Translations under genes and position numbers: made by a program
The notes under the pieces: model-generated
Told to the model about the DNA's origin: nothing
Databases searched by the model: none
The model's input: the letters and a program-made list of their open reading frames with translations, nothing else
DNA from: an uncultured Candidatus Saccharibacteria bacterium
GTDB taxonomy: Bacteria; Patescibacteriota; Minisyncoccia; Phycocordibacterales; PALSA-1337
Length of the DNA stretch: 64,000 nucleotides
Direction: 5' to 3'
Assembly: GCA_964467225.1 (NCBI GenBank)
Contig: CAYXPQ010000001.1
Coordinates: forward strand, 75,803-139,802
Shown: positions 29,915 through 38,735 of the stretch, one piece after another
Position numbering within the stretch: position 1 is the first letter of the stretch
Layout of the letters: the number at the start of each line of letters is the position of its first letter

Positions 29915-31834
29915 ATGAAAAAACAGCCAATACCGCCAAAAGTTGGGAATAAGAATGGAAATAGAAAGCCAAGAGGATTCGGTTTCCTTAATACTATTTC
30001 TATAGGTTTATTAATATTATTTGTAATAAGTGGTATCTATTCTGCAATAGTTGAAAATTCTTTAAAGGAAAACAAGATAACTCTATCAGAACTAACTAAA
30101 GATATAACTGCAGGCAAGGTATCAAACATTATTGTTAGAGGAGACAAAATTACTGCTGAATATACTGATAAGACTATTAGGCTTACAATGAAAGAAGCTG
30201 ATTCTTCAGTTACTGAAACTTTGGTTAGATACGGATTAACAGCAGAGAAATTAAATTCAGTTAAAATAAGCACCGAAGGTCCTAGCGGATTTCTTTTCTT
30301 AATTTCTCAAATAGCGCCTTTTATTATCCCAATTATATTTATTGTCTTTATAATTTGGTTTTTGACTAGACAAGTTAGAGGTGCTGGAATGCAAGCTTTC
30401 TCATTTGGTCAATCTAAAGCTCGAATTACTCTTCCAGATGATAATAAGCAGAAAGTAACATTTAAGGATGTGGCAGGGGCTAAAGAGGCAAAACAAGAAT
30501 TAGCAGAAATAGTCGATTTTCTAAAGAATCCCAAAAAGTTTCTAGAAATTGGAGCAGTAATTCCAAAGGGTATTTTACTAATGGGAGCTCCTGGAACTGG
30601 TAAAACATTATTGGCTAGAGCAGTAGCTGGTGAAGCCAATGTAGCTTTCTTTGCTATATCTGGATCTGAATTCGTAGAGATGTTTGTTGGTGTTGGAGCT
30701 TCACGGGTTAGAGATTTATTTAAAATTGCAAAAGAGAATTCACCAGCAATTATCTTTGTTGATGAGATAGACGCTGTTGGTCGTATAAGAGGTACTGGAG
30801 TAGGTGGAGGTAATGATGAGAGAGAGCAGACTTTGAATCAAATATTGGTGGAAATGGATGGATTCGAACCAAATGAGAAAGTTATAGTGATGGCTGCTAC
30901 AAATAGGCCAGATGTTCTTGATCCAGCACTTCTTAGACCGGGAAGATTTGATAGAAGAGTTACAATTGATCTTCCAGATAGAAATGATAGAGAGGAAATT
31001 TTGAAAATTCATTCAAATAAGAAGCCGTTTGCTGAGGATGTAGTTCTCCGTGTGATAGCCGAAAGAACTCCTGGATTCTCTGGTGCGGATTTGTATTCAC
31101 TTATGAATGAAGGAGCCATACTAGCTGCTAGAGAGAATAGGAATAAAGTTTCGCAGTATGATCTTATAAGAGCTATAGAGAAAGTTATGCTGGGTCCAGA
31201 GAGAAAGAGTCATTTACTTTCAAAGAAGGAAAAGGAAATCACCGCCTATCACGAAGCAGGGCATGCTCTTGTTGCCTCTGTTCTACCATTTGCGGATCCT
31301 GTTCACAAAATTTCTATAATTTCACGAGGTCGTGCTGCGGGTTACACCCTTCATTTGCCTCTTGAAGATCGCAAAATGCAAAGTAAAAATGAATTTCTAG
31401 ATGATATAGCTGTATCGTTAGGAGGTTATGTGGTTGAGAAGATGATGTTCAATGATGTAACAACAGGTCCATCAAATGATCTGCAAGTATCAACTTCACT
31501 TGCTAGAGATATGGTTACAAAATATGGCATGTCAGAGAAGATTGGAGTCTTGGCTCTAGAAAGTTCTGGTGGACGAGCCATGTTTGGCAAAGGTGTAGAA
31601 GATAATACTTATTCAGAGAAAATTAGTGCAGATATAGATGCAGAAGTTGCAAGAATAATGGATGAGGGTTACAAAAAAGCTCATGAAATAGTTACAAAGT
31701 ATCGTCCTGCACTAGATGCTATTGCCAAAAGACTAATAGAGGTTGAGACAATAGAAAGGGAAGAGTATGAAAGCATAATTATCGCTCATGGTATTCAACC
31801 AAAGAAAAAATTAGATATTGAACATCAAATATGA
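29915..31834 (+). CDS. ftsH: ATP-dependent zinc metalloprotease FtsH
   Basis: 2 [13 protein letters not shown] region, HEAGH. Confidence 0.99.
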   Translation: MKKQPIPPKVGNKNGNRKPRGFGFLNTISIGLLILFVISGIYSAIVENSLKENKITLSELTKDITAGKVSNIIVRGDKITAEYTDKTIRLTMKEADSSVTETLVRYGLTAEKLNSVKISTEGPSGFLFLISQIAPFIIPIIFIVFIIWFLTRQVRGAGMQAFSFGQSKARITLPDDNKQKVTFKDVAGAKEAKQELAEIVDFLKNPKKFLEIGAVIPKGILLMGAPGTGKTLLARAVAGEANVAFFAISGSEFVEMFVGVGASRVRDLFKIAKENSPAIIFVDEIDAVGRIRGTGVGGGNDEREQTLNQILVEMDGFEPNEKVIVMAATNRPDVLDPALLRPGRFDRRVTIDLPDRNDREEILKIHSNKKPFAEDVVLRVIAERTPGFSGADLYSLMNEGAILAARENRNKVSQYDLIRAIEKVMLGPERKSHLLSKKEKEITAYHEAGHALVASVLPFADPVHKISIISRGRAAGYTLHLPLEDRKMQSKNEFLDDIAVSLGGYVVEKMMFNDVTTGPSNDLQVSTSLARDMVTKYGMSEKIGVLALESSGGRAMFGKGVEDNTYSEKISADIDAEVARIMDEGYKKAHEIVTKYRPALDAIAKRLIEVETIEREEYESIIIAHGIQPKKKLDIEHQI

Positions 31835-31876
31835 TATAAATTAAATATGTGTAATTAACCAATACACATATATTAT

Positions 31877-31950
31877 GCGCCTTTAGCTCAGTTGGTTAGA
31901 GCACAGAGCTTATACCTCTGGGGTCCTAGGTTCGAATCCTAGAAGGCGCA
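31877..31950 (+). tRNA. tRNA-Ile (anticodon TAT)
   Basis: Cloverleaf GCGCCTT/AAGGCGC; anticodon arm CAGAG-CTTATAC-CTCTG; T-arm CTAGG-TTCGAAT-CCTAG. Confidence 0.93.
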
Positions 31951-32062
31951 CAGAATACTTCGAATGATTTAGGGATATTAGACTAATTACATTTGTATAA
32001 ATGTGAAGAAGTCGCTTTAATAATACGACGTTTCTTTATTTTTTCTATGATATAATATTTTT

Positions 32063-32698
32063 ATGAGAATAAAAAAGCTAGTTAGGGGTTTTACATTAAT
32101 TGAATTACTTGTTGTTATATCAATAATTGGTTTATTATCAAGTATAGTATTAGCGTCTTTGTCGATAACTCGAGCAAGTGCAAGAGATTCAGAAAGAATA
32201 GCAGCTGTAAAACAAATACAAAATGCCTTGGAATTATATGCATTGGACCATGGTGGAAACTATCCGGGATATATAAATAACAATATAGTAAACGGAGAAT
32301 CTCCTTTTGCAAGAAGTGTTGCAGGTTCCTTAGAGATTGGTACAGGTAATAGTGGATGTGGCTATGGTTCACCAGGAGCATCTGGTGATGGTAGCGCATC
32401 ATATATGCCGGGTATATGGTGTAGATTAGAAAATGCCTTATCTCCATACATCAAGAAACTACCAAGGACATTTATCAATAACAATACCTATTATTATTAC
32501 ACATATAAGGTACCTACTGTTGCAAATGCACCTAGAATTTATGGTTTATCGGTAAGATTAGAGAGACCAAATTCTGTGAGTCAGAATGATGGTGGATTCT
32601 CCAGTACAGATTTTGAAGTTGGACAATTACCTGCGTATTGTATGTCACAAGTACCAGCTCAAGATTGGAATCAGTGGACCGGTAATCCATGTCAATAA
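32063..32698 (+). CDS. Type IV pilin / GspG-like protein
   Basis: RGFTLIELLVVISIIGLL, ARDSERI..IQNALELY. Confidence 0.9.
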   Translation: MRIKKLVRGFTLIELLVVISIIGLLSSIVLASLSITRASARDSERIAAVKQIQNALELYALDHGGNYPGYINNNIVNGESPFARSVAGSLEIGTGNSGCGYGSPGASGDGSASYMPGIWCRLENALSPYIKKLPRTFINNNTYYYYTYKVPTVANAPRIYGLSVRLERPNSVSQNDGGFSSTDFEVGQLPAYCMSQVPAQDWNQWTGNPCQ

Positions 32699-32706
32699 TA
32701 TAGTAC

Positions 32707-34884
32707 CTATTCAAAATGTTTAATCTCAGCTTTCCTTTTCTTTAAATAATTTTTAACTTGAGAATATTTATTTAAATTAATATCTAATTCAACAAGATTT
32801 CTAACTTCAGTTCTAGCGGCTTCTACTAATTTTATATTTTGTAGAGCTTCCATCGCAGTATCTGATACTCCCCATTGTTTGCCTCCTGACAATTCTCCTG
32901 CACCACGGAATTTTAGATCATATTCTGCTAATTCGAAACCATTTTTTGCTGTTTTCAATGCATTTAGTCTATTTATTGTTTTGTCAGATTTTGTATCTGC
33001 GAAGACATAACAATATGCTTGATGATTTGATCTTATAACTCTTCCTCTTAATTGATGCAATTGAGCAAGCCCAAATCTTTCTGCGCCTTCTATTACTATT
33101 ACTGTGGCGTTGGGTACATTTACACCTACTTCTACTACCGATGTAGCGCAAAGTATATTTATTTTCCCTGATTTAAAATCAAGCATAACTCTATCTTTCT
33201 CCGCCGGTTTCATTTTGCCATGTAGTATTCCTATTTCATATTCTTGAAAGACTTTTTCTTTGAGTCTTTTCGCTTCTTCTTTCACTGACTTTGCATTTAT
33301 AGATGCTTCTTTTGTAGGATCAGCTTCATCTATTCTTGGGCAAATTATATAGGCCTGTCTGCCTTGCTTTAATTCATCGCGTATTTTCTCATAAGTACTA
33401 TCTCTGTTCTCAGGGGTAATTATTTCGGTAATAATTGGTTTCCTTCCATGTGGCATTTGGTCTAGTAGTGTCAGATCAAGATCGCCATAAATTGTCAGAG
33501 CAAGTGTGCGGGGTATTGGTGTTGCAGTCATTGACAGCAAATGTGGAGCACGTGCTTGTCCCAAAGCGTCTTTGTGAACTAGACTTGCTCTTTGTCTTAG
33601 ACCAAATCTATGTTGTTCGTCTATTATTACATATGCAAGGTTCTTAAATTTAACTGTTTTTTGAATTAGAGCATGAGTACCAATTAGAATTGGTATTTCA
33701 CCGTTTTCTACCCATTTTAATAATTGAGATTTAGAAATATCTGTCCAACCTTTGGGATTTAATTTTGAAGGGAATTTCTTGCAACCACTTCCTGTTATAA
33801 GTCCAACTTGTATTCCTAGATATGAGAAATATTGAATAAATGATTCAAAATGTTGTGATGCTAATATCTCAGTAGGGCACATATAGGCGACTTGAAGATT
33901 TCCATATTTTCTATCTTTCGGCACAGTTGTGACAACTGTATATGCAGTTGAAGCAGCTACGGCTGTCTTGCCTGAGCCTACATCTCCTTCAAGTAGGCGA
34001 GACATAGCATATCCTTTTTTAAAATCATTTACTATTGTATTTATTGAGATTTTTTGTGCATTGGTCGCTTCGAATGGAAATCTTTTTATAAATTCTTGAA
34101 GATGTTTGTCATCGGGCTGAATAGTGAAAGAAGGATTCATTTCATAATGCTTTCTTTGTATTTGTTTTTCTAATTGAATAAAGAAAACTTCTTGGAAGGC
34201 AAATCTTTTCCTCGCGGAGTGAGCGTCTTCTTGCTTCATTGGTGTATGAATCCATATCAGTGCAGTTTTTAAAGAAGGCAGACTGTATTTCTCCAATATT
34301 TCTTTTGGTATAGGATCAACTATTTCGTTCAGAATTTTTGATTTAAATATTTCTACAATTTTATGATAAATCCAATTTGAAGTTATTCCTCTTGATTCTG
34401 GATATACTGGATATAAAGTATGAGATAATCCTTCATTTCCAAATAACGATTCGCCGACTCCTGTAGGGATTTTGCTGATTATTTCTATTTTAGGATTAGA
34501 GAAATATAATTCCTGATTCTTTCTCCTCTCTGAGACCTTGCCCTCTATTCTAACTAGCGCTCCTTCGGGGGTCATCTTTGCTAAATACGGCTGATTGAAC
34601 CACACGCAATGAATTTTGCCACTTTCATCTTCCACCCAAGCATCGGCCATTGGGATTTTTGATTTGAAACCTTTGCTAGTTTTTAATTTATCTATTCTTC
34701 CGAATATTACAGCAGATTCGCCTTTGGCTAAGGATGAAATATTTCTAGTCTCAGATGTATCACCATATCTAACAGGGAAATGGTAAAGTAAATCTTCGAC
34801 TGTTTCAATCCCTAGCTTATTCAAGGCTTGTTTCTGTGAGGCTATTAGTCGGAAATGCTTTGATATTAGTGAATCGTATTGCAT
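32707..34884 (-). CDS. recG: ATP-dependent DNA helicase RecG
   Basis: GDVGSGKT, DEQHRFG, MTATPIPRTL, LHQLRGRV. Confidence 0.98.
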   Translation of the reverse strand: MQYDSLISKHFRLIASQKQALNKLGIETVEDLLYHFPVRYGDTSETRNISSLAKGESAVIFGRIDKLKTSKGFKSKIPMADAWVEDESGKIHCVWFNQPYLAKMTPEGALVRIEGKVSERRKNQELYFSNPKIEIISKIPTGVGESLFGNEGLSHTLYPVYPESRGITSNWIYHKIVEIFKSKILNEIVDPIPKEILEKYSLPSLKTALIWIHTPMKQEDAHSARKRFAFQEVFFIQLEKQIQRKHYEMNPSFTIQPDDKHLQEFIKRFPFEATNAQKISINTIVNDFKKGYAMSRLLEGDVGSGKTAVAASTAYTVVTTVPKDRKYGNLQVAYMCPTEILASQHFESFIQYFSYLGIQVGLITGSGCKKFPSKLNPKGWTDISKSQLLKWVENGEIPILIGTHALIQKTVKFKNLAYVIIDEQHRFGLRQRASLVHKDALGQARAPHLLSMTATPIPRTLALTIYGDLDLTLLDQMPHGRKPIITEIITPENRDSTYEKIRDELKQGRQAYIICPRIDEADPTKEASINAKSVKEEAKRLKEKVFQEYEIGILHGKMKPAEKDRVMLDFKSGKINILCATSVVEVGVNVPNATVIVIEGAERFGLAQLHQLRGRVIRSNHQAYCYVFADTKSDKTINRLNALKTAKNGFELAEYDLKFRGAGELSGGKQWGVSDTAMEALQNIKLVEAARTEVRNLVELDINLNKYSQVKNYLKKRKAEIKHFE

Positions 34885-34916
34885 TTGTGCATTATACGAT
34901 ATAATCTAGTAAATAT

Positions 34917-35005
34917 GGAACCGTGGCGGAGTTGGTCTAACGTACCTCTTTGCTAAAGAGGCAGGCCCTTTAAAGGTCTCGAGGGTTCGAATCCCTCCGG
35001 TTCCG
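34917..35005 (+). tRNA. tRNA-Ser (GCT)
   Basis: GGAACCG/CGGTTCC acceptor, CCTCT-TTGCTAA-AGAGG, long variable arm, G73. Confidence 0.93.
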
Positions 35006-35007
35006 CA

Positions 35008-35143
35008 CTGGCATGATGAGGTGCCATAGGCACTGAATCATGCCGACGGTGGGTGAGAAAGGCGGAGGCACGTAGGTGCCGAGCCGGGGTCGAAAGCGCT
35101 TTCAGCAGAAAGCGACTTGTGACCGAATCCCTCCGTCTCCGCA
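35008..35143 (+). mobile_element. 136-bp structured tRNA-associated mini-element
   Basis: GC-rich, three hairpins, ends TGAC plus an 18/20 copy of the tRNA 3' end (35124-35143 vs 34988-35007). Confidence 0.7.
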
Positions 35144-35257
35144 TCTCTACATTCTCTCGCCTATTGATGGAAAAGAAATTTCTAGATTTGAATATGTGGA
35201 AAAGTAAAATTTAAATTAGAAGTATAATTAATGTGTTATTAATTAATTTTTAATTAA

Positions 35258-35626
35258 ATGGACTCATCATTAATCATTGCAAAAACATTAGGAGTGTATT
35301 TTATTATTAGTGGTTTATTCGTAATTTTAAAAAGAAAAACATTGGCAATGGTTTTGAAGGACATGCTTGATCATCGCGCGATAACTTATATTGTTGGAAT
35401 TATCATAGTAATTGCGGGATCTGCTTTGATATATTCAAATAAAGTAACAAACAGTATTACTAATTTTATTGAAATTATCTCTTGGATGATACTTATAAAG
35501 GGAATTTTTTACATTTTTTTTCCAGAAATTATAAAGAGTACATTGAAAGGTTTTACTAGAATCACATATTTTCTAACTGGAATTGCTGTACTCGTGGTCG
35601 GTATTTATTTGGTTTGGTTTCTATAA
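35258..35626 (+). CDS. Small 4-TM membrane protein
   Basis: 122 aa hydrophobic ORF. Confidence 0.8.
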   Translation: MDSSLIIAKTLGVYFIISGLFVILKRKTLAMVLKDMLDHRAITYIVGIIIVIAGSALIYSNKVTNSITNFIEIISWMILIKGIFYIFFPEIIKSTLKGFTRITYFLTGIAVLVVGIYLVWFL

Positions 35627-35653
35627 TTTTACCTGTGTTATAATACCAACATT

Positions 35654-35911
35654 ATGATGAATAATTTAGCAAATTCATTTGGCGCAATGCCAATGTTCGG
35701 CTTGAGCTTAGGTTTATTTACCTTAGGTACAATATTGTTTTTTGCATTAATAGTCTGCGTCACAATATTGAAGGGTTATGCATTATGGACAGCAGCTAAG
35801 AGAGATGAAGTCGGTTGGTTTATCGCACTATTGATTATAAATACCTTCGGTATTTTAGAATTAATTTATCTCTATTTCGTAGTAGGGAAATGGAAGAATC
35901 ATAAGCACTAA
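35654..35911 (+). CDS. Small membrane protein (DUF5652-like)
   Basis: LKGYALWTAAKR..WFIALLIINTFGILELIY. Confidence 0.75.
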   Translation: MMNNLANSFGAMPMFGLSLGLFTLGTILFFALIVCVTILKGYALWTAAKRDEVGWFIALLIINTFGILELIYLYFVVGKWKNHKH

Positions 35912-35914
35912 TAA

Positions 35915-36472
35915 ATGCATTCATTCGATACTTTTATCGGACAATCATTAAAACATTTTATAAAGATTGGCTCAGTATTTCCTAGTTCAAGTTTTTTGGC
36001 TAGGAGAATGGTTCAGGGTATTGATTCAAAAGTAATTCTTGAGCTTGGTCCAGGAACAGGAGTATTTACAAAAGAGATTTTAAAAATTTTGCCTAAAGAT
36101 GGATTGTTAATATCTATAGAATCAAATGAGTCTTTTGTAGAATACTTAAATAAAAATCTTCATGATACAAGATTGAAGGTTTATAAAGCTGATGCACTTC
36201 AGCTTGGTGATATTTTGAAACAAAATGGAATTGATAAAGTTGATTGCATAATTTCTGGATTGCCACTCGGTCATTTTACTTTAGAAATGAAGAATAATAT
36301 CTTAAGTGAAATAAAGAATGGCTTAAGTGATGATGGAATTTATGTTCAATTTGAATATTTCCTTGCAGGAATTAGATCTATAAAAAGATTTTTCCCATAT
36401 GTATCTATTAGTTTTGAATTGTTAAATATACCTCCAGCTTTTGTTATAAGGTGCAAAAAAAATAAAAAATGA
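35915..36472 (+). CDS. SAM-dependent methyltransferase, phospholipid N-methyltransferase (PmtA)-like
   Basis: IGSVFPSSSFLARRM, LELGPGTGVFT, IISGLP, NIPPA. Confidence 0.85.
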   Translation: MHSFDTFIGQSLKHFIKIGSVFPSSSFLARRMVQGIDSKVILELGPGTGVFTKEILKILPKDGLLISIESNESFVEYLNKNLHDTRLKVYKADALQLGDILKQNGIDKVDCIISGLPLGHFTLEMKNNILSEIKNGLSDDGIYVQFEYFLAGIRSIKRFFPYVSISFELLNIPPAFVIRCKKNKK

Positions 36473-36488
36473 TAAGCTAGTCTATGTT

Positions 36489-36575
36489 GGAGAGATGGGT
36501 GAGTGGTTTAAACCAGCGGTTTACTAAACCGCCGTTCTTTAATTAGAACCGCGAGTTCGAATCTCGCTCTCTCCG
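36489..36575 (+). tRNA. tRNA-Ser (anticodon ACT)
   Basis: GGAGAGA/TCTCTCC acceptor, GCGGT-TTACTAA-ACCGC, long variable arm GTTCT/AGAAC, G73. Confidence 0.9.
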
Positions 36576-36578
36576 CAA

Positions 36579-36727
36579 TGATAAGCAAGGACGGCTAAAT
36601 GCCGTCCGAGCTTAGCATCATTGCGTGAGAAGAGCAGATGAGAAAGCCGGAGCGCGACGGCGCGAGGCAGGGTCGTAGGCTGAGCCAGCAGGCGAAGACC
36701 TATGACCGAATCTCGCTCTCTCCGCAA
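36579..36727 (+). mobile_element. 149-bp structured tRNA-associated mini-element
   Basis: Homologous to 35008-35143; ends TGAC plus a perfect 21-bp copy of the tRNA 3' end (36707-36727 vs 36558-36578). Confidence 0.75.
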
Positions 36728-36732
36728 ATTAT

Positions 36733-37257
36733 TTACCCCTCAATCAACTCAACATTTATATCTAGAGTAACATCATTTGCAACTACTAATCCTCCCGCTT
36801 CCATAACAGCATTCCATGATACTCCATAATCTTGTCTGTTTAATGTACCTGTAACTGTAAAAGCTGCTACTCTTTTACCATATATACCCATAACTATTCC
36901 ATCAAAATATGCATCAAGTGTAACTGTTTTTGTTACTCCTCTCATTGTTAGATCACCTTCTATTAAATATTTATTTCCAGATGACTTCTTAAATGATTTT
37001 GAGACAAAAGACATAGTAGGATGATTGGCAGAGTCGAATAAGTCTGCAGATCTTAGATGATTATCTCTTGTTTCATTGTTTGTACTGATGCTTGAAGTCT
37101 TCGTACTGAATTCTATCTTTGCATTTTCAAAATCATCATTATCAGTGATTACATTTCCTGAGAATTCATTGAAATGACCCTTTACAGTTGAGACAACCAA
37201 ATGCTTTATCTTAAAACCTATTGTTGAATGTGCCGGATCAATATTCCATTGTGACAT
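36733..37257 (-). CDS. YceI family protein
   Basis: WNIDPAHSTIGF, RDNHLRSADLFD, GDLTMRGVTK. Confidence 0.95.
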   Translation of the reverse strand: MSQWNIDPAHSTIGFKIKHLVVSTVKGHFNEFSGNVITDNDDFENAKIEFSTKTSSISTNNETRDNHLRSADLFDSANHPTMSFVSKSFKKSSGNKYLIEGDLTMRGVTKTVTLDAYFDGIVMGIYGKRVAAFTVTGTLNRQDYGVSWNAVMEAGGLVVANDVTLDINVELIEG

Positions 37258-37302
37258 AATTTTATTTATTTATATTTTTAATGCATCTATTTTAACACTA
37301 TG

Positions 37303-37321
37303 TACTTTACAAAGTAAAGTA
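37303..37321. promoter_or_regulatory. Palindromic operator between the divergent yceI-like and HxlR-family genes
   Basis: Perfect palindrome TACTTTAC-AAA-GTAAAGTA. Confidence 0.6.
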
Positions 37322-37358
37322 TTTACAAAATCATTTTATTATAATATTATTCCGAATT

Positions 37359-37661
37359 ATGAAGGGCTCAAATAAAAAGCATAATAAATGCCCAGTAACT
37401 CTAGTAGCAGACCTATTATCAGATAGATGGACTATGTTGATTATTAATAATCTTCTGAATAATGGGGAAATGAGATTCTGTGAACTTGAGCGTGCTCTTG
37501 TTGGTATTAGTACTAGAACTTTAACTTTAAAATTAAAGCATCTGGAGGAACAGTTGATAATTGAGAAGAACGATAACTATTATTGTCTTACAAAAATCGG
37601 CTCTAAATTGAATCCAATAATCAACGAAATGCGCTCGTTTGGTAAATATTTAATGATATAA
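37359..37661 (+). CDS. HxlR/DUF24 family transcriptional regulator
   Basis: CPV..DLLSDRWTMLII, MRFCELER, ISTRTLT..LK.LE. Confidence 0.92.
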   Translation: MKGSNKKHNKCPVTLVADLLSDRWTMLIINNLLNNGEMRFCELERALVGISTRTLTLKLKHLEEQLIIEKNDNYYCLTKIGSKLNPIINEMRSFGKYLMI

Positions 37662-37690
37662 TTAGAATATTAAAAACTAATTATAAAATT

Positions 37691-38083
37691 ATGAAAGGAT
37701 ATGTAACAAATATTGAGAAAGTCTCTCTTGATAATGATAATTTTCGTAAAGTGCTCTACACAGATACAAATAGCCAATTGGTAGTAATGTCTTTATTACC
37801 AAGCGAGGATATAGGAGAAGAAGTGCATGATGTTGATCAATTCTTAAGAGTAGAGAAGGGAAATGGAAAGGCGGTTCTAAATGGAATTGAACATGAAATA
37901 TCAGATGGAAGTGTAATAATAGTACCTGTTGGAGTAAAGCATAATATCATCAATTCTTCTAATGGGTCCATGAAATTATATTCACTATATATGCCACCTC
38001 ATCACAAGGACGGAGTAGTACATAAGACCAAAGAAGAAGCTGAATCTGATACAGAACATTTCGATGGCGAAGTATCTGAATAG
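37691..38083 (+). CDS. Cupin domain protein
   Basis: QLVVMSL, IGEEVH..DQF, HNIIN, KLYSLY.PP.H. Confidence 0.92.
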   Translation: MKGYVTNIEKVSLDNDNFRKVLYTDTNSQLVVMSLLPSEDIGEEVHDVDQFLRVEKGNGKAVLNGIEHEISDGSVIIVPVGVKHNIINSSNGSMKLYSLYMPPHHKDGVVHKTKEEAESDTEHFDGEVSE

Positions 38084-38085
38084 TA

Positions 38086-38694
38086 TTAATGTGTTAGTGT
38101 TAAGTTCATAATATTATTATATCCACCTTCGTCGAGACATCTATTTGCTTCATTTAATGTACTACCAGTAGTTGTTACATCATCAATAACTACTATTCTC
38201 TGATTTTTATCAATACTTTTGACTAAACTAAATATTTTTTGAGAATTTACTATTCTTTCTTTACGATTTTTATGTGTTTGCTTTTCTATATTTCTATTTC
38301 TAATAATAAAATCAAAGTCTTTTTTAAATATTTTATCTTTATCAAGTTTAATTATTTCATCAATCATTAATTCACATTGATTATAGCCACGTTCTCTTCT
38401 TCTTTCTTTAGAAATAGGTATTGGTATCAGTAATAATGGCTGATTATGCTTAATGAGTTCACAATATAGAGAATACCCAGCGATTTCTATGGCCTTTTTA
38501 TTTCTTTTGTATTTGATTTGCCATACTAACTCCTTAATTATTGGTTCTTGATATGGATAAATAGAGCTATTCCACTCATTTTTAAATGAATATTTACTAT
38601 AAAGCTCTTCTTTATTGATATTTCTTATTTCAACTTCATTTATATTAGGAGGGAAAATAAAGTCTAGAATGTAGTCAATTATTTTTAACATCAT
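38086..38694 (-). CDS. comF: ComF-family phosphoribosyltransferase-like competence protein
   Basis: IPIP..RRRERGYNQ, VIDDVTTTGSTL; lacks the N-terminal Zn-finger cysteines. Confidence 0.88.
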   Translation of the reverse strand: MMLKIIDYILDFIFPPNINEVEIRNINKEELYSKYSFKNEWNSSIYPYQEPIIKELVWQIKYKRNKKAIEIAGYSLYCELIKHNQPLLLIPIPISKERRRERGYNQCELMIDEIIKLDKDKIFKKDFDFIIRNRNIEKQTHKNRKERIVNSQKIFSLVKSIDKNQRIVVIDDVTTTGSTLNEANRCLDEGGYNNIMNLTLTH

Positions 38695-38735
38695 ATCATT
38701 CTACACTAATTCTTGATTAGTGATATAATACTGCA

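Noticed and set aside
34953-36829. Similar-looking ORFs MRRRRDSV (34953..35144), MRRERDSV (36539..36727) and 36638..36829
   Set aside because: They are translations of tRNA ends and the mini-elements; the similarity is at the DNA/structure level.
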